Source: Azolla caroliniana (Eukaryota; Plantae; Polypodiophyta). Taken from it: DNA of 64,000 bases. Where the stretch lies: assembly GCA_043228905.1 (NCBI GenBank), contig JBHGNT010000002.1, forward strand, positions 6,076,001-6,140,000, read 5' to 3'. Under the pieces are notes generated by a model that worked only from the letters and a program-made list of their open reading frames with translations, ran no database searches and was not told the origin of the DNA. A program made the translations under genes and the position numbers. How positions within the stretch are numbered: position 1 is the first letter of the stretch; each line of letters begins with the position of its first letter. This document shows, piece after piece, positions 14,100-26,030 of this stretch.

Positions 14100-15365
14100 A
14101 TGGAAGAGAAGGGTTTGCAAAATTTCCTAATTTTGTCAATTCTACTTTTTTCGACCACCTTAGTCATTCATGTGCCATTAACGACCTATGCTATCTCCCC
14201 TTCTTCACTTCTATATCCAGCTCCAATTCTAGCTCCAATTCTTGCTTCAACTCCAACAACAATTCCAACAATTCCACCAACTCCAGCAATTCCAGCACTG
14301 CCACCAATTCCATCAATTCCAACAATTGCAACAATTCCAACAATCCCACCAATTCCAACAATTCCACCAATTCCACCAATTCCAACAATTCCACCTATTC
14401 CAACAATTCCAACAATTCCACCAATTCCACCAATTCCACCAATTCCAACAATTCCAACAATTCCAACAATTCCAACAATTCCAACAATTCCACCAATTCC
14501 AACAATTCCAACAATTCCAACAATTCCACCAATTCCACCAATTCCAACAATCCCAACAATTCCAACAGTTTCAACCATTCCAACAATTCCAACAATTCCA
14601 ACTACTCCGACAATTCCAACAATTCCAACAATCCCAACAGTACCAACGGTCCCAACAGTACCAACGGTTCCAACAGTTCCAACTGTCCCAACGGTCCCAA
14701 CAGTTCCAACTGTCCCAACTGTCCCAACTGTCCCAACTGTCCCAACTGTCCCAACTGTTCCAACAATTCCAACTACTCCGACAATTCCAACTACTCCGAC
14801 AATTCCAACAGTTCCAACTGTCCCAACGGTTCCAACAGTTCCAACTGTCCCAACTGTCCCAACTGTCCCAACTGTCCCAACTGTCCCAACTGTTCCAACT
14901 GTCCCAACAGTGCCAACAGTTCCAATAGTCCCAACAATTCCAACAGTTCCAACAGTCCCAACAGTGCCAACAGTTCCAACTGTCCCAACAATTCCACCAA
15001 TTCCAACAGTTCCAACAGTTTCAACACTTCCAACAATTCCACCAATTCCAACAATTCCAACAATTCCACCAGTTCCAACAATTCCAACAATTCCACCAGT
15101 TCCAACAATTCCAACAATTCCAGCTATTCCACCAGTTCCAATAATTCCAACAATTCCACCAATTCCAACAATTCCAACAGTTCCAACAGTTTCAGCACTT
15201 CCAATAATTCCACCAATTCCAACAATTCCACCAGTTCCAACAATTCCAACAATTCCAACAATTCCACCAGTTCCAACAATTCCAACAATTCCACCAATTC
15301 CAACAATTCCAACAATTCCACCAACTCCAACAATTCCAACCACTCCAGCACCAACTAATGCATAA
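14100..15365 (+). CDS. Secreted Pro/Thr/Ile/Val-rich tripeptide-repeat protein (HRGP/PRP-like cell-wall protein), single exon, 421 aa
   Basis: Intact ORF; ATG context ATCATGG; hydrophobic signal peptide (NFLILSILLFSTTLVIHVPLTTYA); then ~120 P-[T/P]-[I/V] triplets; TATA upstream and AATAAA downstream. Confidence 0.85.
   Translation: MEEKGLQNFLILSILLFSTTLVIHVPLTTYAISPSSLLYPAPILAPILASTPTTIPTIPPTPAIPALPPIPSIPTIATIPTIPPIPTIPPIPPIPTIPPIPTIPTIPPIPPIPPIPTIPTIPTIPTIPTIPPIPTIPTIPTIPPIPPIPTIPTIPTVSTIPTIPTIPTTPTIPTIPTIPTVPTVPTVPTVPTVPTVPTVPTVPTVPTVPTVPTVPTVPTVPTIPTTPTIPTTPTIPTVPTVPTVPTVPTVPTVPTVPTVPTVPTVPTVPTVPTVPIVPTIPTVPTVPTVPTVPTVPTIPPIPTVPTVSTLPTIPPIPTIPTIPPVPTIPTIPPVPTIPTIPAIPPVPIIPTIPPIPTIPTVPTVSALPIIPPIPTIPPVPTIPTIPTIPPVPTIPTIPPIPTIPTIPPTPTIPTTPAPTNA
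14255..15345 (+). repeat. Coding 9-bp minisatellite (CCAACAATT / CCACCAATT / CCAACTGTC variants)
   Basis: Directly visible 9-bp periodicity; frame preserved throughout. Confidence 0.95.
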
Positions 15366-15445
15366 ATTATAACACAATTCAATTCCATGCTTTATCATGC
15401 TCCATAATGCACTATGCAATTCATATTGTATCAATTGCATGTCTA

Positions 15446-15451
15446 AATAAA
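15446..15451 (+). terminator. Putative polyadenylation signal AATAAA
   Basis: AATAAA ~80 bp after the stop codon. Confidence 0.4.
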
Positions 15452-15679
15452 GTCATATCAATAAATTATTAAATATATGAGTATAAAAAACAATGTCTTT
15501 TGATTTTTACTATGATACAACAAAATGTGTTATATGGTGTAGTCATTGCTTAATGTGTTCTAAGTATTTCTTAAGTGTGTTTCCTCTAAAAGAAAAATGT
15601 CCAAGATATTCACCACAGTGTCAGGCTCATAAAGTTAGAAACAATTTGTTATCCATATATATGTTTGTGTATTGATTCT

Positions 15680-16068
15680 TGTTGAGAGACAAGCTCAACA
15701 TCGACCGGATCGGCTGAAGAAGCCGAGGACCGGATCGATTGGGACCGATTGGTTAGGTCAAGTGCATAAACCGAGAGGCCGTTAGGAAAGATATTCCGTG
15801 AGGAATATATTTGGGAGTTAGTGTAGGAGCTCTTGATGAGCATTGAAGTAGTATCAGTACTTCGGTCAGTCCTTCTAGGGCTTGTATAAAAGTGTTAACT
15901 GAGCACGTCTTATGTACAGACAGAGTATTATTGTTGAATATAGTTTTTTTGTGTTTTTCTCTCTCTGTCTCTCCCGAGTACACTGTGTAAGCTCAAGCTC
16001 TCCATTGAACCTGAGTTTCCTTCCTTCTGTTCGGTCTTCATACTTGCTTCCGCACGTTACTTTCTACA
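15680..16068 (+). repeat. 5' LTR, family B
   Basis: TG...CA, followed directly by the PBS, paired with 26031-26419. Confidence 0.95.
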
Positions 16069-16080
16069 TGGTATCAGAGC
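16069..16080 (+). promoter_or_regulatory. Primer binding site, tRNA-iMet
   Basis: TGGTATCAGAGC. Confidence 0.92.
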
Positions 16081-19000
16081 GCGAGGGTTGAGAACCTCTC
16101 TGCAGCCGACACAACTTGACGAAGAAGAACGAGAAGAACGATGGATAGAGGCATGGTGAGCTCGCTTCCAACAGAGAAGCTCGACAGAACCAACTACGCG
16201 TCTTGGTCCTACAAGATGCACCAGTACCTGCTCGAGCACGACTACTGGAGTTATGTCGAAGGAGCTAATGACGCGGCACCCGAATCGACACACAGAGACC
16301 TCCCGTCGTGGGAGCAATCGACGAGCAGGGTATTGTACTACTTCGCATCGTGTGTGGGCGAACAACTATTGAGCTATGTTCGGCATGCAAAGACGCCGAA
16401 GGGTGTGGGAAAATCTGAAGAAGATTTTCGCCGCGAGCACCACAGCCAGGAAGCTTCAACTCCGACAGGAGTTGAGCAACCTACGACAACGCGACTTGTC
16501 GGTAGCGGACTATACCTCGAAGATCAAGGATATCTGCGACTCCGTCACCTCCATAGAGGTGAACATCGAGGAGAGCGAGATGGTCCAGATCTGTCTCGGA
16601 GGTTTGGCGTCGAAGTTCGGAGCGTTCCGAGCAGCTGTGTGTACCCGGGAGAATACGCCATCCTTTGTCGACTTACAGTAGATGCTCCTGGTAGAGGAGA
16701 ACCACGCGGGTGCGTCGACGAGCACGCACACCGACAGCAAGATGTTGTATACGGAGGGAGAAAGGCCCCGTGGTCGTGGCGGACGAGGCGAGTTGGTACG
16801 CAATGGAAGCGGCCGACGAGATCAAGGAAGATGGCACCGAAGTGATGCCGACAGCAACTCCGGACCCTCCGGAAACAGGGGGAGTCGAAGCGATGAGAAC
16901 TGGCAAGGGAAGGCCATCGCGGAGTGCTGGTACTGTGGCAAGAAAGGCCACAGGGAAAGTGAGTGCTGGAAGAAGCGCGCCGATTCGGAGAGAACTGGTT
17001 CTGGAAACGGCTCCAGACATACCGACAAGGGAAATCGGCACCAATCGCACTACGCCGAAGACTCCGGGAGAGCCGGAGAAGGGTCTGCCTTCGTGACGAG
17101 ACACGAAGCAAACTCAATGAAACAGAGCACCCCGAGATCGGACGAGGTGTGGTATGTAGACTCCGGCGCGTCAAACCACATGACGAGCCATAAGGAGTGG
17201 TTCTCGTACCTTGAAAAACCGATACAACCTGGAGTAGTCGCAATAGGAGACGACACTCCGCATCCGATCACGAATGTCGGAGAAGTTCCCCTTAGCCATG
17301 TCAGACAGAAAGGGAAACTCATGAACGTGTTGTACGTTCCGACAATCACGAAAAACCTAGTCTCGGTCGGACAGATCGTCGACCAAGGGATGGAGGTTTA
17401 GTTTACACACCTCGAGTACTTCATTGAGGAAGAAGGCCGTGTGATTGTGCAAGGGCACAGAGACGGGAGGATGTTCATCCTCGACTCCACTGACGGCGGC
17501 ACCGCAATGTTCGTGAAGGGACAAAAGACCGAGTCGGACATCGACTTATGGCACAAGCGGATAGGCCACGTCAACCACCAACGGCTTCAAGATCTGCTAT
17601 CGAAACAGGTAGTGTTCGGATTGCCCAAGTTTAGTGGCCGAAAGGCACAAGTTTGTGAAGCTTGCCAGCTCGGGAAGCAACACCGACTTCCTTTCCCCAA
17701 CGAGCGGAACCGGAGCCGGAACAAGCTAGACTTTATACACTCCGATGTATGGGGGCCGGCACAAAACGTTAGTCTTGGCGGGAGCCGATATTTCGTCTCC
17801 TTCATCGACGACCACACGCGGCACACGTGGATCTACCTCATTGAGAGGAAGAGCGAAGTCTTCGACTGTTTCCGAGACCTCAAAGGGTTCGTGGAAACAG
17901 AAACGGGACGAAAGATCAAGTTTCTGCGGTCGGATGGCAGAAAAGAGTATTTTTCCGGTCAATTCAACGGTTATCTACAACAAATGGGAATTCGCCGCGA
18001 ATTCAGTTGTAGATACACGCCGGAACAGAACGGCGTGGCCGAGAGGAAGAATCGGTCAGTTGTGGAAGCGACACGGGCAATGCTGGAGGAGAAGAGCTTG
18101 CCCAAGTTCTACTGGGCCGAAGCGGTAAGGACCGCGGTATACATCCAGAACCGGATCGGAGACAAAGTGTCAGCGCACGAGCTATATTTCGGAACGAAGC
18201 CGAACTTGCGACACTTGAGGGTGTTCGGTAGCATTGCGTATTTGCATGTACCGAAGGAGAAAAGGAGGAAGTTGGACGCAAAGGCCGAGAAATGCATCTT
18301 GGTCGGTTACTCGGATGAGCAGAAGGGTTATAAGTGCTATAACCCTCGCACCAAACAAGCACGTGTTAGCCGCGACGTTGTGGTTGACGAGTCTGCGTCC
18401 TGGTACAAGCCCCCGACTCCGAACCCCAAGTCCAATCCGTGTTCTGACGATGAGGTCAGCGAGGCCGAGATACCTCCGGATGAGCCTGAAATCGAGACCC
18501 GCGAAGAGAGTCCGATTTCACTCCGCTTAAGTGGACCGATTGGACGACTGAGTCGATACGATCAGTCCGATAAAGAGCCAGCGAGTAGTGGAGACTCGGC
18601 CGTGCATTCCCCGCGCAGGAAGCCGAGGAGACGGCTTACGCGCAAAGAGAAAGGGAAGAAGAAGGTGTCGGATTCCGGCATGGATAAGAACGAGTCAGAC
18701 CGACGCGAGTCCGACTCCGAGGGAATTGGTGACGGGACTTTAAAGGTGAAGTCCGCGTCGACCGAGAAGGCCTCGACATCGGCTAATGTGAGATTACGCC
18801 GATCTACCCGCCAGAAGAATCCTGTTTTGCGGTTCGGATATAATGAGTACATGGCGCATCATTATGCGTACATGACCCGTGTAGCGGAAGTGCGTGAGCC
18901 GGAGAGCTACGTAGAAGCGGCTAAAGACGCGAATTGGCGTGCCGCGATGGAGGAAGAGATGCACGCATTGGCGGAGAACGAGACCTGGGACCTTGTTGAC

Positions 19001-19130
19001 GCACTGAAGGGTGTGAAGCTGATCAGGTGTAGATGGGTGTACAAAGTCAAGTACAACACCAATGGCTCGGTCAACCGGTACAAGGCTCGGCTAGTGACAA
19101 AGGGCATCGACTACGATGAGATGTTTGCGC

Positions 19131-19275
19131 TGTCGTAGTGTAGGTTGCACACTATGTGGAAATTATATTTTTGTCCCTCCGGATAGAGAATGGAGTGCTC
19201 GGTGAGAACCGGAAGAAAACGGCATACCGGCAAGGAGGAAAACGGCATACCGGCACGGAGCCGAAAGGCACGACA
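19131..19275 (+). mobile_element. 145-bp internally deleted solo LTR of gypsy family W
   Basis: TGTCGTAGTG...GGCACGACA is the first ~125 and last 20 nt of the LTR of the 48177-53318 element; 4-bp TSD GCGC; splits RT motif EMFAP|VAK. Confidence 0.9.
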
Positions 19276-19886
19276 GCGCCGGTCGCGAAAATGACGATCG
19301 TCCGTGTTTTGCTCGCAGTAGCCGCGGCCAAGGGGTGGCACCTACATCAGATGGATGTAAATAATGCGTTCCTGCAAGGTGACCTTGAGGAACAGGTGTA
19401 CATGGTACAACCCCCCGGATTTCACTCTGGAACGAACTCCTCGACAATATGCCGACTGAAGAAGTCCCTTTACGGACTGAAGCAAGCCCCGCGTGCCTGG
19501 AACGCGAAGATCACGCAACAACTACATCGGTTGGGCTTCGTCGCGTCAAAATCGGACTCTTCCCTGTTCATCCGGAAAGGTCGACTCAGACCGGTTAGTA
19601 TTTTACTGTATGTTGATGACTTGGTCATCACCGGCGCCGACCTAGGTGAAATCGACCACGTGAAGCTCCAGCTTGCGGCATCGTTCGACATGAAGGATCT
19701 GGGGGACCTTCATTACTTCCTCGGGATCGAAGTGATCCGTACCCCCGAAGGCATATTGATCAGCCAACGACATTACCTGCTGAGTATGCTCTTCAAACTC
19801 GGGATGGCTGACTGTAAGTCCGTCTCGACTCCTCTGGACAGAACCGTCAAGCTTCGTCCCGATACGGGAAAGGTATGCGACCCGAC

Positions 19887-22800
19887 TGACGGGAACTCAA
19901 GGCTCCTTATGTTCAACGCTCGGCCACAACCGAGATTCTTTTCATACACAGAAAACGAGAAATAAAATGCGACACAAAGGAGAGGAAGATACACAGGAGG
20001 TTTACGTGGAAAACCCAAAGAGGGAAATACCACGACAACCCACAGGCTGCAAACTGTCACTATGTGAGAATGTACAACAGTGAGTTCACTGAGGCAACGA
20101 CCTCGTGCTCACAGATCTTCGCCATAGGCGGCGGTTACAACAGAGGCAACAACCTCTTTCTCTCTCTCTCTCTGTGTACACTATTACGTGCTCTCTCTTC
20201 TTCTTGCACCAACAAGGAAAAATGACAACAATTACTAAAAGTTTGCCCTAAGTCATATTTATACTAATATGACTTTTCGGCTATTTACAAATGTAGCCTC
20301 GATGGGCTCTCAGAAAACATATTTACGAATATGTCTCTTCATCCGGTTCTCACCGGGTCTGTACCATCCGACTCTCCATAGCCGGGTATTCCTCATCCGG
20401 TCTTCACCGGGTCTGTATCATCCGGCTCTCCGTAGTCGGGTCCTCCTCATACGGTTTCTCCCTTCCCATCTGGAGTTTGTTCATCGGCACTGTTCTTCTC
20501 CCTTCCCATCTAGAGGGACCTGTCTCCCAACAAACTCCCCCTTCACTCCAGCTTGGGATGTCTTACCAGTCCGATCCTCTTCCGGCATGCGTCCAGCTTG
20601 TCGGGTGTCAGCACTTTGGTCAGCATATCTGACCCGTTCTCAGCCGTGTGGATTTTCGTCAGCGCAAACTCCTGGTCATCTACTCTTTCCCGGATCCAGT
20701 GATATCTCCGCTGGATATGCTTCGTCCAGGAATGGTAGGTTGCATTCTTAGCAAGGTGGATGGCACTTTGGTTGTCGCAATAGAGTCAGTATTCATCTTG
20801 CCGGATACCAAGCTCTTCGATGAAGTCCTTCATACATAAGATTTCCTTGCTGGCTTCCACAGCTGCCATGTACTCCGCCTCTGTGGTTGACAATGCAACC
20901 ATCTTCTGCAGCCTCGACTGCCACGAAATAGCTCCCCCTGCATATGTCATTACATACTCGGATGTAGACCGGCTGGTATCCACATCAGCCGACATGTCCG
21001 AATCGGTGAAACCGTCCAGTTGAGGCTTTCCGGAGCCAAATCGGAGACACATATTTGAAGTGCCCTTCAAATACGGGAGTATCCATTTGACTGCGTTCCA
21101 GTGCTCCTTGCCGGGATTGCTCATGAACCGGCTCACCACTCCGACTGCATATCCTATATCCGGTCGGGTACACACCATTGCGTACATCAAGCTCCCGACG
21201 GTAGAGGCATATGGGATCTTCATCATATCCGCCTTCTCTGCTTTCGTCTTCGGGCTTTGCTTACCGGATAGCTTGCAGTTTGCCGGAAGTGTCGATCCGA
21301 CCGGTTTCGCATCTGACATGTTGAACAGGTGAAGCACCTTTGTCACGTACTTCCCCTGTGACAGGCATAATTGCTTCTTTGACCGGTCCCGAATGATGTC
21401 CATCCCCAGCATTTGTCTTGCCGGACCCAAGTCTTTCATTGAGAGGGTCCGGTTGAGAGCCTTCTTCAGCATCCGTATTTTTACTTGGTCTCGTCCGACG
21501 ATCAACATGTCATCCACGTATAGGAGGAGTATCAGGAAGTCCCCTCCTTCGAACTTCTTCACAAACACGCAATGATCGGCCGGCGTCTTGTGGTACCCTT
21601 GATCGGTCATGAAGGAGTCGAACTTCTGGTACCATTGCCGGGGAGCCTGCTTCAGTCCGTACAGGCTCTTCTTCAACCGGCATACCAGGTGCTCCTTCCC
21701 TTTCTCAACGAATCCTTCTGGTTGCTGCATGTAGATCTCCTCTTCGAGGTCGCCGTGAAGGAATGCCGTCTCCACGTCCAACTGTTCTACCTCGAAGTCC
21801 ATGCTTGCTGCTATACTCAGCACCGTCCGGATGGAGGTCATCTTTACTACCGGGGCAAATATTTCGTCGAAGTCCACGCCCTTCTTCTGTTGGAACCCCT
21901 TCGCCACGATCGTAGCTTTGTATCTCGGGGGGTTGTCGGCATCTCCCGGTTTCAACTTGTACACCCACTTGTTTCGGAGTGCCCGCTTTCCTTTCGGCAA
22001 CTCCACCAATTCGTACGTATGGTTCTCATGCAGGGAATCCATCTTGTCCTACATGGCACTTACCCATTTTCGGCTGTGGGTGTCATCCTTCGCTTCTTCG
22101 AAGCTTTCCGGCTCCCCCTCATCAGTCAGCAGAACATGCTCTGCATCCGGAAATCTCCGGGGCGCCCTTCTCTCTCTAAGAGGATATCTCCGTCTTCGGG
22201 CTTCGGTAACCGGCTCCTCCATTTGCTCATCATCCGGATCTGTTTTGGGGTCTTGGCCGGTTCCGGTTTCAGCTTCCTCTACTTCTTCTTCTGCCGGTCC
22301 GGTATCCTCACCGTAACCGGCTGCTTCCTCGAGTGCTAACCGGTCTCTTGCCGGTTGGGTCTACTCATCGTAGAGTCTATCCTTACCGGTCGACTCAGAG
22401 TTCATTATCTTCTTCTCCGACTCCCAGTCGGCGAGCGTCTTGTCCTCCATGAAGATAATATCTCGACTCCGGAATACCTTCTTGTCGACCGGGTCCCACA
22501 CTCGGTAGACGAACTCATCGTCACCGTAACCGAGGAATATGCATGGTCAGGTCTTTGGATCTAACTTTCCTCTCCGGTCCTTAGCTACATGCACGTAAGC
22601 GAGACACACGAACACCTTCAGATGACGGTAGGATACTTCCTTACCGGTCCACACTCTCTGTGGCGTGTCTCCGTCCAAGGGTACTGAGGGTGATCTATTT
22701 ATCACGTATGTCGCCGTCGACAGTGCCTCAGCCCAAAACTTCTTGGGTAGTTTTGCATGCGCTAACATACTCCAGACCCTCTCCATTATGGTCCGGTTCA

Positions 22801-24420
22801 TACTCTCGGCCAGTCCGTTTAGTTCCGGCATCTTCGGCACGGTAAATTCAAGCCGGATTCCCTTCGAGCGGCAGTACTCCTCGAACTGCCCCCGGTACTC
22901 TCCTCCATTATCTGCTCGAACCGCCTTCAGCTTCCGACCGATTTCTCTTTCCACTCTCGCGTGCAGCTCTTCGAAAACGGATAACACCTGAACCTTCGTC
23001 TTCAATGGTGTGGCCCACAGCTTCCGGCTGTGGTCATCTATGAAAGTCACGAAGTACTGCGCTCCGGCATGTGACTTCGTGTCTACCTGACACACTTCCG
23101 TATGCGCCAACTCGAGTGGTGCATTACGTCTCATCGGTGGCCTTGGTTGGAAGGAGGTCCGGTTTTGCTTACCGGCCAGACAATCAGTGCACTTCTTCAA
23201 GTGCACGTTCTCCACTGGAATGAGGTTGTCGTCTGCAAGCCTCTTCATCCCCTTCTCACTCATGTGACACAGCCTCTTGTGCCACAGCTCACCGGTAGTG
23301 TCGGATGCCACGTTCACTTCTTCCGGCCATAACTGGGCATTCATTAGGTACAGTGAGTTGACCTTCCGGACCCAAGCCACAATCAAGCTCCCTTTGCTGA
23401 ACTTCATGACACCATTCCGAATGCTACCTGTGTAGCCTTCACCATCTAGCCGACCGGCTAAAACAGGTTCAGACGAACCTCCGGAACGTGTCGGACATCC
23501 TTCAGCAGCAACTTGCATCTGGTTGGTGTTGACAGCCACACGTCTCCTATGCCGACAATTTGGCATGTACCTTCATTCCCCATCCGGACACAGCCATGGT
23601 CACCGGCTGAGTAAGATGAGAAGCATTTCCGGTTCGGGGTAAGGTGGAACGACGCTCCGGAGTCTACCACCCAGGTCATCTCGTCGCCGGCAAGGTTTAT
23701 TTTCACTCTCCTCGGTGATGAGCATCAACTCTTTTTCACTTGCCGCGAGTGCCGTCGTTCCCTTCCGTCCCGTCCCCTTCCGGTCTTTACCGTTCCGGTC
23801 CGGGGTCCGCTTCGAATCGGTACCGTCGGTTTCCTTGTCTTTACGGAAATGCCGACAGTTCTTTTGGAAATGACCCGGCTTGCCGCAATAGAAGCAAGTG
23901 GGCCTCCCCCTTGACTTTGACCGTGTCCCCGACTTCTCCCGGTTCTGGGGACTACGGTTTCTCTGTCTTCCACGTTCCGATTCGGTAAGAAGCGCTTTGG
24001 AGTCGGAGCTCGTATCTTTGTCTTTCCGACACGCCTCCTCATCTAGCAAGCTCGACTTTACTCTTGCTAGTGATAACCGTTTTCCTTCCGGCCCGGCGTT
24101 GCCCAAAGTGACAACCAACGTCTCCCAGCTATCCGGGAGGGAACCGAGCAGGAGTAGCGCTAGTACCTCATCGGCAAGATGTACTTCCAATGACGTTGCC
24201 TGGTGTATCAGCCCCTGGAAGGCATTCATATGCTCCGCCATGCTGCAGCCATCTTGGTACCGGAGTCTTACTAGCTTCCGGAATACCGAAACCTGATTAA
24301 CAACATTTTTGTTTTGAAACATTATGCCGATCTTCTCCCAGAGCTCATGAGCCTTGCTCTCTTCATTGAAGTTGTTGTACAGGCTCATGTCGATAAACCG
24401 GTTACAACAGAGGCAACGAC

Positions 24421-24452
<32 letters not shown>

Positions 24453-24812
24453 GTACACTATTACGTGCTCTCTCTTCTTCTTGCACCAACAAGGAAAAAT
24501 GACAACAACAGTTACTAAAAGTTTGCCCTAAGTCATATTTATACTAATATGACTTTTCGGCTATTTACAAATGTAGCCTCGATGGGCTCTCAGAAAACAT
24601 ATTTACGAATATGTCTCTTCATCCGGTTCTCATCGGGTTTGTACCATCCGGCACTCCGTAGCCAGGTATTCCTCATCCGGTCTTCACCGGGTCTGTATCA
24701 TCCGGCTCTCCGTAGCCGGGTCCTCCTCATATGGTTTCTCCCTTCCCATCCGGAGTTTGTTCATCAGCACTGTTCTTCTCCCTTCCCATCCAGAGGGACC
24801 TGTCTCCCAACA
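19887..24812 (-). mobile_element. Tnt1/Tork-like copia (family T) nested in B; inner part of the 5' LTR, PBS and gag start deleted
   Basis: TSD CCGAC; 3' LTR 19887-20532 with PPT GAAGGGGGAG; 5' LTR remnant ~24399-24812 fused to gag; CFYCGKPGHFQKNC, WVVDSGASFH, LWHKRLCHMSEKGM, YVDD. Confidence 0.93.
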
Positions 24813-26030
24813 CCGACGAGGTTCTGACAAATTGTCGGAAGCCTCATATACTTGACCATCACCCGACCCGACCTCAGTTATCCGATCGGGGTGATCAGTC
24901 AGTTCATGGCGCGACCTACCGAGGAGCACCTTCAGTGTGCGCAACGCATACTTCGGTATGTCAACGACACTAAGGACCGGGGACTGCTATATCAGACCGT
25001 GGCAGCCGCGTAGTTAGTCGGCTACACTGATGTTGATTGGGCTGGCAACACCGCTGATCGCCGATCCACGTCCGGATACGCGTTCTCCCTCGGGAGTGCC
25101 ACGATCACCTCGAGCAGTAAGAAGCAGCCGACAGTTGCATTGTCGAGCACCGAAGCTGAATACCGAGGAGCGGCTGTCGCGACATGCGAAGCCATATGGT
25201 TGAAGCGGCTACTTAAGGACCTGCAGGTGGATGTGTCAGATCCGACGATGATCTACTGCGACAACCTCAGCAACATCCAGCTCGCGAAGAACCCCGTTTT
25301 CCATGCACGGACCAAGCACATTGAGGTGCACTACCATTTCGTCCGTGAGCGTGTCCTTTCTGGTGAAGTCGAACTTCAGTACGTTCCGACGGATCGGCAG
25401 GCTGCCGACATCTTCACCAAGCCTCTTGGTCTGGACAAGTTGCGGCAATTCTCAGGTGCGCTCGGGTTGCGTCACCTCGATGTGCCGAACTTGAGGGGGA
25501 GAATAGTCCCAAATGACCAAGCAAGGCAGCAGGAAAGGAGTGGAGACTGTGACACCAAGTCTGAGTCGGTAGACTCGGTTGTCGAGTTCGAGTTCGGATC
25601 GGTTGAAGAAGCCGAGGATGGACCCACCAAAAAGTCCGAAAGCGGACAGAAGGGGAGCAACCGAAGGAGAGAGCCGAAGCCAACCACGCATGGGGAAGAT
25701 GACGCCATCGAAGGCGAGAAGACCGAAGACGAGTTGGAGACAGCCAACTCGGACGAGAGCGAAAACCGATCGGAGGTAGCTGAGTCGGTTCAGATGTTTG
25801 ATTCAGACACGCTGAATCATCCGAGGCCCAAGCGGAAGAAAAGGCAGTAGAAGAAGCGTCAACACCGCAACAACAGAAGAGCTGATGAGGGCCACATGAG
25901 TAGACAAGCCGACCGGAAGGGTCGAAGCGCGCGGAGTCAAACAGGTCGAGGAGCGCAAGCGAGGCGAGAAGCCAGGAGGAACCGGTGCTGTGAAGATCCC
26001 GAAGAGCCTCAAGTTGAGCTTGAGGGGGAG

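Larger units (their letters stand above)
16141..25850 (+). pseudogene. gag-pol of family B element (frameshifts, stops, two insertions)
   Basis: ORFs 16141, 16376, 16682, 17441, 19276-19886 and 24813-25850 join into one copia polyprotein. Confidence 0.9.

Noticed and set aside
14186-15388. 400-aa antisense ORF with Gly every third residue (collagen-like), plus Gln-rich and Leu/Glu-rich overlapping ORFs
   Set aside because: By-products of the stop-poor 9-bp repeat; only the plus-strand frame has a signal peptide, TATA and poly(A) signal
19156-19965. 269-aa ORF with a novel N-terminus fused to RT
   Set aside because: Chance read-through from the mini-LTR into host RT and on into the next inserted LTR
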